Shown: positions 10,383 through 19,681 of the stretch, in pieces
Layout: every line of letters starts with the position of its first letter
How positions within the stretch are numbered: position 1 is the first letter of the stretch
Assembly (NCBI GenBank): GCA_035532075.1
Contig: DATKRV010000098.1
Location: 42,948 to 106,947, forward strand
Origin: Acidimicrobiales bacterium
Lineage (GTDB): Bacteria; Actinomycetota; Acidimicrobiia; Acidimicrobiales; Bog-793
Length of the DNA: 64,000 nucleotides
Direction: 5' to 3'
Position numbers and translations under genes: made by a program
The notes under the pieces: generated by a model
Told to the model about the DNA's origin: nothing
What the model saw: the letters and a program-made list of their open reading frames with translations, nothing else
The model's database searches: none

Positions 10383-11627
10383 ATGGGTAGCATTGCACGA
10401 GCATCGCTCACGAGATTCGCAGCCATTCCCCTTTCGATGGCACTCATGTTGTCCGTTGGTGCTGGGTTAGCTGTAGCCGAACCGATAGCGCCGCCCACGG
10501 CCTTTACGGGATACCTGAAATCAGTGTTGCCGACGTCGGCCGTCGTTACAGGCACCGTCAATCCAGACGGTGCCACAACTGACTGGTACTTCGAGTATGG
10601 GCTGAGTTCGAGTACTGGTTACGCGTCAAAGACCCTTGAGAAAAGTGCCGGCTCGGGCACAGCGGACGTCCGCGTCCTCGGTTCACTCACCGGTCTCGCT
10701 CCTACCACAAGCTATAGCTACCGGATCGTTGCAACCAATAGCAGGGGCACCACGGTGGGCGGGGTTGGCATCTTTCATACCACTGCAACTCCAACAGTTC
10801 TCACTGGAGCTGCGAATAAAATCACTGCTTCGTCGGCGACCCTAAACGGCGTCATCAATCCAGAGGCTCTGTCCACGAGCTGGTACTTCGAGTATGGACA
10901 GACGACGAGCTATCGGTCAAAAACCGTGACAAAACACATCGTAGCAAATTTGGGTGACACGATCGTGAGCGCCACAATTTCTCATCTCTTGCCAAGAACC
11001 ACCTACCACTTCCGCATCATTGCAACGAGTAGTGCCGGAAAGAACTTCGGCACGGACTTAACACTCACAACCGGACTCTCGGTGACGTTGAATACCTACT
11101 TGTCAAGCGTCATCTACGGAGATTTCGTCGCCCTCTCTGGAACCGTTACAAGTGGGCGTGCAGGTACTCGCGTTGCGATACTCAGCGAAGCATTCAATCA
11201 GACAACCTTTTCTGATATCGCGACAATTACGACCGGTGCTGGTGGCCTCTGGAGTTATTTGGCACAGCCGACGGTGCGAACGACCTTTATGGCAAGCGCG
11301 AACGGTGGAACGAGCTCTCCGGTTGTGATCGGCGTGCGCCCAAGGGTCTACTTGAACTCGATCTCAAGAGGGCGCCTCACAACTCGTGTCATCGGTGGGG
11401 TATCCTTCGCCTCGCACGTCCTGCAACTGCAGCGACTCTCACACGATCTGTGGGTGACCTGGAAGCATGTGCGCCTGGACAGTAGCGCAAAGGCGACCTT
11501 TTCCACCTCACTCCCCAAAGGTGAGACCACGATCCGTATGGCGATTGGCCCATCCGTTCCAGGACTCGACCAATCAGCCCCTGGATATCTCGCCGGCTTC
11601 AGTCGCACAATTCATTACCGCAGATAG
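10383..11627 (+). CDS. secreted protein with two tandem ~95-aa fn3/Ig-like repeats (WYFEYG motif) and a C-terminal beta-rich region
   Basis: N-terminal signal-like segment FAAIPLSMALMLSVGAGLAVAEP. Repeat 1 reads TGTVNPDGATTDWYFEYG...YSYRIVATNSRG and repeat 2 reads LNGVINPEALSTSWYFEYG...YHFRIIATSSAG. Confidence 0.75.
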   Translation: MGSIARASLTRFAAIPLSMALMLSVGAGLAVAEPIAPPTAFTGYLKSVLPTSAVVTGTVNPDGATTDWYFEYGLSSSTGYASKTLEKSAGSGTADVRVLGSLTGLAPTTSYSYRIVATNSRGTTVGGVGIFHTTATPTVLTGAANKITASSATLNGVINPEALSTSWYFEYGQTTSYRSKTVTKHIVANLGDTIVSATISHLLPRTTYHFRIIATSSAGKNFGTDLTLTTGLSVTLNTYLSSVIYGDFVALSGTVTSGRAGTRVAILSEAFNQTTFSDIATITTGAGGLWSYLAQPTVRTTFMASANGGTSSPVVIGVRPRVYLNSISRGRLTTRVIGGVSFASHVLQLQRLSHDLWVTWKHVRLDSSAKATFSTSLPKGETTIRMAIGPSVPGLDQSAPGYLAGFSRTIHYRR

Positions 11628-11630
11628 TCC

Positions 11631-11649
11631 CGAGACAGTACCTGTCTCG
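11631..11649 (+). terminator. hairpin 4 nt after the stop of the secreted-protein gene
   Basis: CGAGACAG-TAC-CTGTCTCG, a perfect 8-bp stem. No U-tract follows, so terminator function is uncertain. Confidence 0.4.
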
Positions 11650-11846
11650 CGCGAGGCGCTGCTTCACGGAGATCACGGGTGCGGTGTATTTTACGATGGA
11701 AGATCGACTGGCGTTTCGGAGATTAGCGCCGCCTGCGCATCCGCAAAAAGTGCGACACCTAGCTCCCCAACAGGGAACCTGCAACTCTGATGCCATCCAA
11801 CGCCGACAGAGGAGAGGGCGATTGTGGAATCAGATCCTGCGTGCAT

Positions 11847-12330
11847 GTGCGAGCTGTTGGTTCGCTCGCGCGCGGTAAATATTCCCGGGATCGAAGATGT
11901 GGTACGGAGGGCCGCCTGCATATTGCATGTCACCGCGAACGACCAGGATGTGCGGGCTGTGGGATGTGTGCACAGCTGAAGGACCGGCCGGTCACCGACA
12001 TGGTGGATCTCCCCGTCTTTGGCCGTGAGACTCATCTCGTGTTGACACAAGATCGCTGGCGGTGCGAAGAGGTGTCATGTCCTCAAGGGTCGTGAACGGA
12101 CACAGAATCTCGTATCGGTACCACCTAGAGATCGGTCACCGCCCGCGCCAGAAGATGGATTACCAATCGAAATCGTTGCCAGAAGGTGCACGCTACTCCG
12201 GTGCCAACTCGAGTGACGTGTCACGAACGCTCAAACAACGGATGCCGTAGTTGACCGAATGGCGCCGCCGAAGAAAGTCGACCTAATTCGCACTCGAATC
12301 ACATGCGCCCTCGAAGCTCTCGGACAACAA
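11847..12330 (+). mobile_element. degenerate ISL3-family transposase remnant (N-terminal zinc-finger region, then frameshifts and stops)
   Basis: The 11790..12095 ORF contains CAGCGMCAQLKDRPVTDMVDLPVFGRETHLVLTQDRWRCEEVSCPQGS. This is the ISL3 zf pattern C-x2-C ... DLP-x-G ... RR/W-x-C-x4-C. Downstream, similarity continues only by shifting frame (ERTQNLVSVPPRDR..., ...TTDAVVDR). No intact DDE domain or inverted repeats were identified. Confidence 0.6.
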
Positions 12331-12425
12331 GGCGCGCCCTAGTCCATGAAGTACAACCCTCTCCCTGAAGCGTCCTCCGGCAACCATCACATGGGACTTG
12401 CTCCCGAGCAACTTCGTCACCGTCC

Positions 12426-13870
12426 TCAGTACCGGCTTTCCAGCTCTTGCTGAAGTGGACAACCACCGACACCAAGATCGAGATTCGCCCCCGGCAGGTG
12501 GCTGCGGCGCAGGTTACCTTCAAATATGTAGCGACCACTTTCGACCAGCAACACCTTCGTCCTCAGCGAGATCGAGGCGCGCCTGTGCGATCCAGCCGCA
12601 ACCCCAATAGTGCCCGTCGTCGCAGTCACCGTCAGGGTGAAGCTGAAGCTGGCCTGGTCGCCATAGGCATCGGAGGCGGTGCAGGTGATCGTGTGCGTGC
12701 CCGCTGCAAGCGTGCCCGAGATGGCGAGCACACCCGCGCTCAAGACGGACAGACCGTCACTCGGTGTGCCAGCAAAGGTCACGGTTTCACTGCCACCAGA
12801 TGCGTCGAGCGTCACCGTGTAAGTCGACGACCCCGTCGTCGTGACCGTGCCCGTCGTCGGGGTGACACCGATCGTCGTCGCAATCACCGTCAGGTCGGCC
12901 GCGGTAGATGGACCTACACCGTCATAGTTCGGGTCAGTTCCGGGAAGGTAGGTTGCCTCCGCTGTGTAGCTACCCACGTTTACTCCGCTAATGACGCAAA
13001 TAGTGATCGCGCTACTCGTCGAGTCGCTGGCGAGCAGCGTTGAGTCAGCACTGCTAGGACTGCCCGGACCCGTGATGGTCCAACCCAACATGTCCGATGG
13101 AGTCGCTCCACCTTTCGGACCAGAGACTGTCGCAGTAAAGACCGCGCTCTGACCCGGAGACGGAGTCGTACTTGGAGGGCTTACAGAGATCGACGGACTA
13201 CCTTTGCCCACGTTGAAGGTCTGGATGACCTGGGTGGCAGCGGCATAGTCAACCTTGCCGGAGTGACTGAAGTCCAACGTGCAGCTCCCCGCTCCCACAA
13301 AATTCACGACTCCCGAGGAGATGGTACAGACAAGCGGGGTCGAGGTGGTGACCACAACCGAATCACCCGAGCTCGCCGTAGCCAATGGTGTATAACTCGC
13401 TCCACCGACCGTCGCGTTGCTCGGCGCGCTGGAAATGATGTCTATGGTGTTCGCCGCCTGCGCCACAGTAAGAGACTCGTCTGGCGACGTTGGACCCGCG
13501 AAGCCGCCGACCGCTGCAAAGACCACGGTGACTGATGAGTAACTGGCTGACGCGAGTTGCATCGCACCGCGCGAGCAGGTCCACGTCGCGTAGTTACTCG
13601 AGCCTGAGAAGATACCCGTGCTACAGAGCGTCGTCACGCCGTTCATGATCGCAACGATTCCGCTTCCCTCGGTCCAGAGGCTCCCGAATCGGTTGAAACC
13701 GTGGCAGTGAAGACATCGAGGTTCTCTGTCCCGTACCTGACACGAGATGTCCCGACCGCGAGCGCCGTCGACGTCGGGACTAGCGCAGGGTCGACTGTGA
13801 GGCTCTCGGGACTCGAGGTCGAGCTACTTGTAGCCAAATGCCGTGTTCGACGATGAGGGCTCACTCGGCG
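12426..13870 (-). pseudogene. Ig-like repeat surface/secreted protein, 5'-truncated and frameshifted
   Basis: ORFs 12426..13646 and 13643..13990 are both Thr/Ser/Gly-rich with bacterial Ig-like repeat patterns (FTATVS..., NGVTTLCS..., GTHTITCTASDAYGD). One repeat unit is split across the two frames near 13665. No signal peptide or start is visible, and the C-terminal approximately 55 aa look out of frame. Confidence 0.6.
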
Positions 13871-13873
13871 TGT

Positions 13874-14060
13874 AGGAGGAGATCGCATTCCGCCTGGACA
13901 TCGGACTTTGACCAAGACCAGCGATCTGAGGGAAGACGAACCACATCCAGTGGCTTGTCCTTTGGCCGTGGCGCAACTCTTCGACGGCACGTCCGAAGGT
14001 GGCGCTGAGGTCCTGAGCCCTCACGAGGCGTTCGGGGTCATAGGGCCCGTTGATCGGCAT
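13874..14060 (-). pseudogene. DUF1810 family gene, 3'-truncated fragment
   Basis: MPINGPYDPERLVRAQD...RTSHWMWFVFPQIAGLGQSPMSRRNAISS matches the conserved DUF1810 N-terminal half (HWMWFxFPQxxGLGxS). The family pattern stops after about 62 aa and the ORF ends 16 codons later. Confidence 0.6.
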
Positions 14061-14188
14061 CGCTTACATCACCCGTCGCCTGAACAAGCTGGCCGATAAC
14101 GACAACTGTCCACGAACCGCGTGAACGGTCAGGAATAGGTCATCGAAAATACCTTCGAGAGCACCCCGTGAGACGCCCAGTGAGAAAC

Positions 14189-15667
14189 TTAGCGAACTGG
14201 AAGTGCAGCGGGAGCGCTGAGACCGGATCTCGATCGTCCAAATTCGGTCATCCCGGCGACAACCGCGCGCGTCGCATGTATGACAATCCCGAGCGAAACC
14301 ATATTGTTGAGATGGCGCGAAAGGTCAATCGACACGATCGAGCGGGCGGCCACCAAAATCGATCCAACACCGGGGATCGGAATAGATCCTCCCCTGGCAA
14401 TCTCTTCAAAGGCCACCTCGGCAGGGCGATCTCCTGGATTTGCAACTGCCACGACTCCACTCGCCACGCTGTCCGAGCGGACAGCACCAATCATCCAGAC
14501 CTTTGCCGGAGCGACGTTGGGGGCGGTAACGGCGTAGCCCGTCGGAAGTGCGGCCGGAAGCTGGATCAGACGAACCTTCGCGACTGGACTGAATGAACGG
14601 TTGGCGGCGATCGCGCGGTCGACGATCAGCGATCCGCGTCCCGCGACGGAGACCGAGCCCGCTTGAAGCCCAGCAATACTCGGTCTCGGAGCGACATAGC
14701 GCAGATTCGCACCGGCTCCAACGAACACGGTCGATACTCCCTCGGCGCCATCTCCGAGAAGAGTGATCCGCACACGCTCTCCGTGCGCGGTCGGGTTATA
14801 GAGAGAGAAGACCTGTTCGATGGACGGTGCGACCACCACCGGAGCAAACCACCAGGTGCCGAGGGGGACCTGGGAACCGAGGACAATGGATCGGGTGAGC
14901 AGTTGATTCGCGACCTTGAAATGCAGCGCACCGACCGCTATCCGGCCACTCACGATCGTCACGGCAAGAGCCATCGCGTTGCGTTGCGGAAGCGCGTGGC
15001 CAGCAAAGAGCACGACGTCTTGTCCCGGTTCGATCGGCACGCTCGAGAACGCACCCGGCAAGAAGGAGTTCGCGCCAACAATGAAGCGAACATCCGCAAC
15101 CGCTGGAGTTGCACCCGGATTGAACAGCGAGATCGCCATGTTCGCCGAGCCCGCCGTCGATCCGGTGCCGAAGAAGGCGCTTGACGCGGTATGAGTGGTA
15201 CACGGAGACGTTGTGATTCCCGTCGGGGTCACGACGACCTCGTACACACCGACACCGCGTCCTTCGACCACAACGCTTGCCGCCCCGTAGGTGGCAAGTT
15301 TCGAGCCGGGAAGCACAATCGTCTGGTTCGCCAACCCAGATAACGCGTAGGAATGGAGCTCGCTCAACCCGGAGTTGGCCGCGATGTGCACCTGGAGGTG
15401 AACCGGCTGGACCGAAAGATTGACGACCTCGATCGACGACTGTTCTCCTCGGTGCCCGATCGGGAGAGGTCCCGGGCAGTACCAGGCACTCGAAGAGGCA
15501 TGCGAGCCGAGCGCGACCGCCGAGGTCGCCGCCTGCGCACCCTCGATCCCTGCGAGGTCGTGACGCTTGACGGCAAAATTGAGTACGCCCGCTCCGGCGA
15601 AGACGATCACGAAGCCACCGACGATCAGGCGACGACGCAACGTCGAGACCTCTCCCTTTCGACTCAC
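14189..15667 (-). CDS. DUF5719-like membrane-anchored extracytoplasmic protein
   Basis: 492 aa with a single N-terminal TM (LIVGGFVIVFAGAGVL) and a beta-rich Ala/Val/Gly body. It overlaps the stop of the large GT2 gene by 4 nt. I recall this pairing as conserved in Actinobacteria. Confidence 0.65.
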   Translation of the reverse strand: MSRKGEVSTLRRRLIVGGFVIVFAGAGVLNFAVKRHDLAGIEGAQAATSAVALGSHASSSAWYCPGPLPIGHRGEQSSIEVVNLSVQPVHLQVHIAANSGLSELHSYALSGLANQTIVLPGSKLATYGAASVVVEGRGVGVYEVVVTPTGITTSPCTTHTASSAFFGTGSTAGSANMAISLFNPGATPAVADVRFIVGANSFLPGAFSSVPIEPGQDVVLFAGHALPQRNAMALAVTIVSGRIAVGALHFKVANQLLTRSIVLGSQVPLGTWWFAPVVVAPSIEQVFSLYNPTAHGERVRITLLGDGAEGVSTVFVGAGANLRYVAPRPSIAGLQAGSVSVAGRGSLIVDRAIAANRSFSPVAKVRLIQLPAALPTGYAVTAPNVAPAKVWMIGAVRSDSVASGVVAVANPGDRPAEVAFEEIARGGSIPIPGVGSILVAARSIVSIDLSRHLNNMVSLGIVIHATRAVVAGMTEFGRSRSGLSAPAALPVR

Positions 15668-18660
15668 GCCATCACCTCGTCAGAGGGGATCCGTGAGGCT
15701 TCCCCGTCTCGATCCTCTCCCTCAAGGTTCTCTCGCGCTCCATCGCGATCCTTGGTGCGCGCGCGACGGCGAGCGGTCTGACGGATGCGGCGCTCGCGAA
15801 GACCGATGCGCGCGAGCAACAGCCAGAAGAGAATTTCGACGATGACCGCAACAAGATGCACCCAGCTCGGGAGTCCACCCGGCGTCGTGGTCTTCCTCAG
15901 CCGGACCGTATTCTCGAAGACGAGCAAGCCCCCCTCGCTCGGCAGCTGGTGGAGGTCGTGTTGGTTTGACAGCGCGTCGAGCAGCATCTGCGGAGCCGGA
16001 GCGCTCTCGACGCTCTGGATGCCGAGTAACTCTGGTGCGACATAGTTCGGCACAATGAGGTATCGGATGTTCTGGGAGGCGAGCAGGGTCCCGAGCGTGA
16101 CCGTTGAGCCGTTCTCGGCACCGGTGATCTCGCGCACGATCGCGTTGGCGGTGCCGATGTGCGTGCTCGGCCAGATCGAAGTCGCAATCGGGAGGCCGCC
16201 CATCGTGATTCCAAACGCGAGACCCGGAGTGATCTGCCAGCTTGTGAGCGGAAGTGCAGAAGGATTTCCGAGCCAGAGGACGCGCGAGGCTCCACCTGTC
16301 GACTGGAGCTGCGACCGATGAACATTGGAGCCGGCGGTGACGCGTGGGGTAATCCAGGAGAGCATCGTGTCGTAACCAGTCGCCGGCACATTGAAGCGGC
16401 CGTTGAGCGTCGAGCCGAGAACGGGCACGACGCCCGCTATGCCGACAAGGGCAAAGAGTGCGGTCGCAATGTGGCGCAGTCCAAAGGTCGTGTTGCGCAG
16501 ATCCTCGATCACCGTCGATGCACCGAATCCGATCAACAGGGCAACCACGACGGCAAAGGGCGCGATCAGCACACGCGAGGCTCCGAAGCCCTGCCCGAGC
16601 CAACCCTGGCCGCCGAGCCAGGCGAGCGCGAGCGAAGTGAGGCCAAGTGTCCAGAGGCGAACTCCCCACGCAAAGCGCACCGATCTTCCGGCAATCAGCA
16701 CATAGGTCGCCGCCGCGGCAAGCCCGAGGCTCAAAAAGCCCCCACCGACTGGGCCAAGATTCAACCGGACGAGGCTCGACAACGCCGGAGCGTGCACCGC
16801 ATCGACGACCGCTCCCGTGAGCGCGCCAAAGTTCACTCCCGTCTGGAAGAACGTCAGCGACCAGGGAAGAAGGGCAACGAGCGCCAGCGCGGTCGCTCCG
16901 AATGCGACTGCAAGCGGGCGCAACCTCGTCTCGCGCTGGGAGACAACGAGACTGCCGAGAGTCAATCCGACGGCCATCAACGGCGTGAGCAGCAACAGAG
17001 TCGGCTCGAACGCGCCGGTAAGGGTCAGTAGGATCCCCAGGCTCAAGATGTCGGTCAGGGTCTCGCGCGACCGTACCCGCGTGCGATGCGTGACGAAGGG
17101 GACCTGACCACTCGCATACATAATGCGCGAAAGCAGATACGGCGTCGCGCCGTACGCGACGAGTCCTCCGATGTCGCCCCTCGCGATGTCATTCCAGGCA
17201 AGCGGAAGATACAGGTAGGCAAGCACGCCGATCGCCCGGGCGATTGCCGGGCCGAAGGGACGCACCAGTCTCACCATGCCGATTCCTCCGGCGACGATGC
17301 ATGCCAGCAGGCCAAGCTTGAGCAAGACTCCCATCGCACCGAAGACGACGAATCCGCTCGCCCCGAGCAGCAAGAGCGCCGGAGTCACCGGTCCGAGTGC
17401 TTGGGTGCCCGCGTTGGTTGAACCATGCAAGAAGTGCGTGATCAGCGCCGTCGTGCTCGGCAGCGGGAGGTACTGACCGATCAGGGGAAGATGCGTCGTG
17501 AACAACGATCGTCCACCGATCACAAGGATCAGCGCGGCGATCCACATCGTGTTGGTCACATAACGCTGACGGACATCTCCCCCACGTTCAGCAAGCTCGC
17601 CCTGCCAGCGAGAGAGGACATCGCGATTGGTACTCCACCTTTCACCAAGCTGCGCAATCCCCGGTCGAAAGAACCGCGAGATCCTCGAGGTGCGACTGCT
17701 CATGTATTCCGAAACCTTGTGATCCGAAACCCGTCGGGTCGCATGCACCTCGCGTCTGCGCGCCCTGAGGTGTTGATCCTTGGCAAGATTCCATCGCCAC
17801 GCGGAAATCACCTCGCGCGCTCGACGACGGTGTCCGACAACAAGAAAGTAGAGCGACTCCAGCACCGACCACAGCAAAAGTTCCGAGGCGCGCAGCACGA
17901 AATGCGTGTGTTCGTAGTTCTTGAGCACGCTGCGAAGCTCATGACGCCACTGGAGCGCGCGCGCCGCCGGAAGGAGCCGCTGGCGGCTCGAGGCTGCCTC
18001 AAGGTGGCCCACCTCGGCGAACGGCGTGACGAGGACACGGGCGCCAACGATATGTGCCCTCCAGCACAGGTCAACATCCTCTCCGAACATCGTGATCTCC
18101 GGGTCGAAACCACCGAGCATCTCGAGCAGGTCGGCCCGCACCAGCGTCGCCCCACCGGGAATTGCAAAGACCTCGCGTGTCTCGTCGTGCTGGGCTTGGT
18201 CGAACTCGCGGTGCTCGACGCGGCGCACCGGAGCTCCGAACCGGTCGACACCGAGCCCGAACTGCAGAATCAGATCAGGTTCACGCACATCGACGAGTTT
18301 GGGACCGACGATGCCCGCATTCGAGCGGAATGACTCCTCGACCATTCGGCGGAGCGCGTCGGGGGCGAGGACGACGTCGTCATGACAGATCAGGTAGTAC
18401 GCCGCGCCCTGGACAAGACCGAGTACCGCGTTTGCTCCAGGGCCAAAACCGGGATTGACCTCAAGACGCTGGAGGTAGATTGAATCTGCGACGCCAGCGA
18501 CTCGGGGCGCGAGTGGCTCCGCGCTCGCCGCGTCAACGACAAGCGCAACAAGATTGGGGTAATCCTGAGCGATGAGCGAGAGCAGGCACTCTTCGAACCA
18601 CGGGCCGGGATCGTGCGCTACGACGACCGCGACAACCGGTGGTATCAGCTCCTCCGGCAT
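15664..18660 (-). CDS. family 2 glycosyltransferase fused to a large polytopic membrane domain
   Basis: 998 aa. N-terminal GT-A domain (VVVAHDPGPWFEECLLSL, DYPNL..VVDAAS, GEDVDLCWR), then about 650 aa with many hydrophobic helices and an Arg-rich C-terminal tail. Confidence 0.85.
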   Translation of the reverse strand: MPEELIPPVVAVVVAHDPGPWFEECLLSLIAQDYPNLVALVVDAASAEPLAPRVAGVADSIYLQRLEVNPGFGPGANAVLGLVQGAAYYLICHDDVVLAPDALRRMVEESFRSNAGIVGPKLVDVREPDLILQFGLGVDRFGAPVRRVEHREFDQAQHDETREVFAIPGGATLVRADLLEMLGGFDPEITMFGEDVDLCWRAHIVGARVLVTPFAEVGHLEAASSRQRLLPAARALQWRHELRSVLKNYEHTHFVLRASELLLWSVLESLYFLVVGHRRRAREVISAWRWNLAKDQHLRARRREVHATRRVSDHKVSEYMSSRTSRISRFFRPGIAQLGERWSTNRDVLSRWQGELAERGGDVRQRYVTNTMWIAALILVIGGRSLFTTHLPLIGQYLPLPSTTALITHFLHGSTNAGTQALGPVTPALLLLGASGFVVFGAMGVLLKLGLLACIVAGGIGMVRLVRPFGPAIARAIGVLAYLYLPLAWNDIARGDIGGLVAYGATPYLLSRIMYASGQVPFVTHRTRVRSRETLTDILSLGILLTLTGAFEPTLLLLTPLMAVGLTLGSLVVSQRETRLRPLAVAFGATALALVALLPWSLTFFQTGVNFGALTGAVVDAVHAPALSSLVRLNLGPVGGGFLSLGLAAAATYVLIAGRSVRFAWGVRLWTLGLTSLALAWLGGQGWLGQGFGASRVLIAPFAVVVALLIGFGASTVIEDLRNTTFGLRHIATALFALVGIAGVVPVLGSTLNGRFNVPATGYDTMLSWITPRVTAGSNVHRSQLQSTGGASRVLWLGNPSALPLTSWQITPGLAFGITMGGLPIATSIWPSTHIGTANAIVREITGAENGSTVTLGTLLASQNIRYLIVPNYVAPELLGIQSVESAPAPQMLLDALSNQHDLHQLPSEGGLLVFENTVRLRKTTTPGGLPSWVHLVAVIVEILFWLLLARIGLRERRIRQTARRRARTKDRDGARENLEGEDRDGEASRIPSDEVMA

Positions 18661-18775
18661 GCAACGACGCTAGCGTATCGGGCCGCAATCCGGATGAAGA
18701 GGTAGGCCAACTCGCAATTGAGCCGGGGAATCGGCCCGAGAAAGGCTCGAAGAAGGGGCCGTTGGACCCTCGTGC

Positions 18776-19672
18776 TCAGGTCGGGGCGAGCCGTTCCCTC
18801 CAGTTGTCGAGGACATCGTCGACGGTCGCGTCGAGCCCGACCTCGGGGCGCCACCCCGTCAGCCGCTCAAGCTTGGCCGCGCTGCCGATGATCCGTTCGA
18901 CGTCGACCGGACGGAACAGAGTCTCGTCGACGTGCCACTCGATCTCGACCGCCGCCCGCGTGCGCAAAGCGTCGAAGATTTCGGACACGGACCGGGTATA
19001 TCCCGAACAGACGTTGTAGGCCTCACCCGGAACGCCAGCGATCGCGAGCATGCGATAGGCGCGCACAACGTCGCGTACGTCAGTGAAATCGCGCTCCGCG
19101 CTGAGGTTGCCGACACGCACCGAGTGGTCGCCGCTCATCTCTGCCTCGACAACACGCTTGGCAAGTGCCGAGACGACAAAAAACTCTGCCTGGCCCGGAC
19201 CGATGTGATTGAACGGCCGGACTCGAACCACGCCGGTATCGCGTCCAAGATATGCCTGGAGACCACAGATCTCCGCCGCCACCTTGCTCGCGGCATAGGG
19301 AGTCACCGGCAAAAACGGTGCGCTTTCGTCGATCACCGCACCATTGCCTGCTCCATACACCTCGGCCGAACTGACGAGGACGACCCTTGGCGTCGGGTCG
19401 ATCTTTCGCGCCGCCTCGAGAAGTTCAATCGTTCCGAGCACATTCACCCGGAAGGTCTCGGACGGCTCCTCCCATGAACGCCCGACATGGGTGAGCGCCG
19501 CGAGGTGGTAGATCACCTCCGGAGCTGCCTCGGTGATCAGGTGTTCGACGATCCCGGGAAGGGCAATATCGATCTCGTCAGGAAGTGCCGCGACCTCGTC
19601 ACCCATCTCTTCGAGATGGGCGCGCAACCAACCACCGACAAAACCCGACGCGCCGGTAATGAATGCTCTCAC
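18776..19672 (-). CDS. NAD-dependent epimerase/dehydratase (SDR), GDP-6-deoxy-D-mannose reductase-like
   Basis: 298 aa with ITGASGFVGGWL Rossmann motif and the YAASKVAAE catalytic YxxxK. Confidence 0.8.
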   Translation of the reverse strand: MRAFITGASGFVGGWLRAHLEEMGDEVAALPDEIDIALPGIVEHLITEAAPEVIYHLAALTHVGRSWEEPSETFRVNVLGTIELLEAARKIDPTPRVVLVSSAEVYGAGNGAVIDESAPFLPVTPYAASKVAAEICGLQAYLGRDTGVVRVRPFNHIGPGQAEFFVVSALAKRVVEAEMSGDHSVRVGNLSAERDFTDVRDVVRAYRMLAIAGVPGEAYNVCSGYTRSVSEIFDALRTRAAVEIEWHVDETLFRPVDVERIIGSAAKLERLTGWRPEVGLDATVDDVLDNWRERLAPT

Positions 19673-19681
19673 CTCGCCAGC

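Noticed and set aside
11741-11765. Possible ISL3 terminal inverted repeat (GCATCCGCAAAAAGTGCGACACC)
   Set aside because: Resemblance to ISL3 ends (GG...TTTTT...) is weak and the orientation is wrong for a left end of the remnant. No matching partner repeat or target duplication was found.
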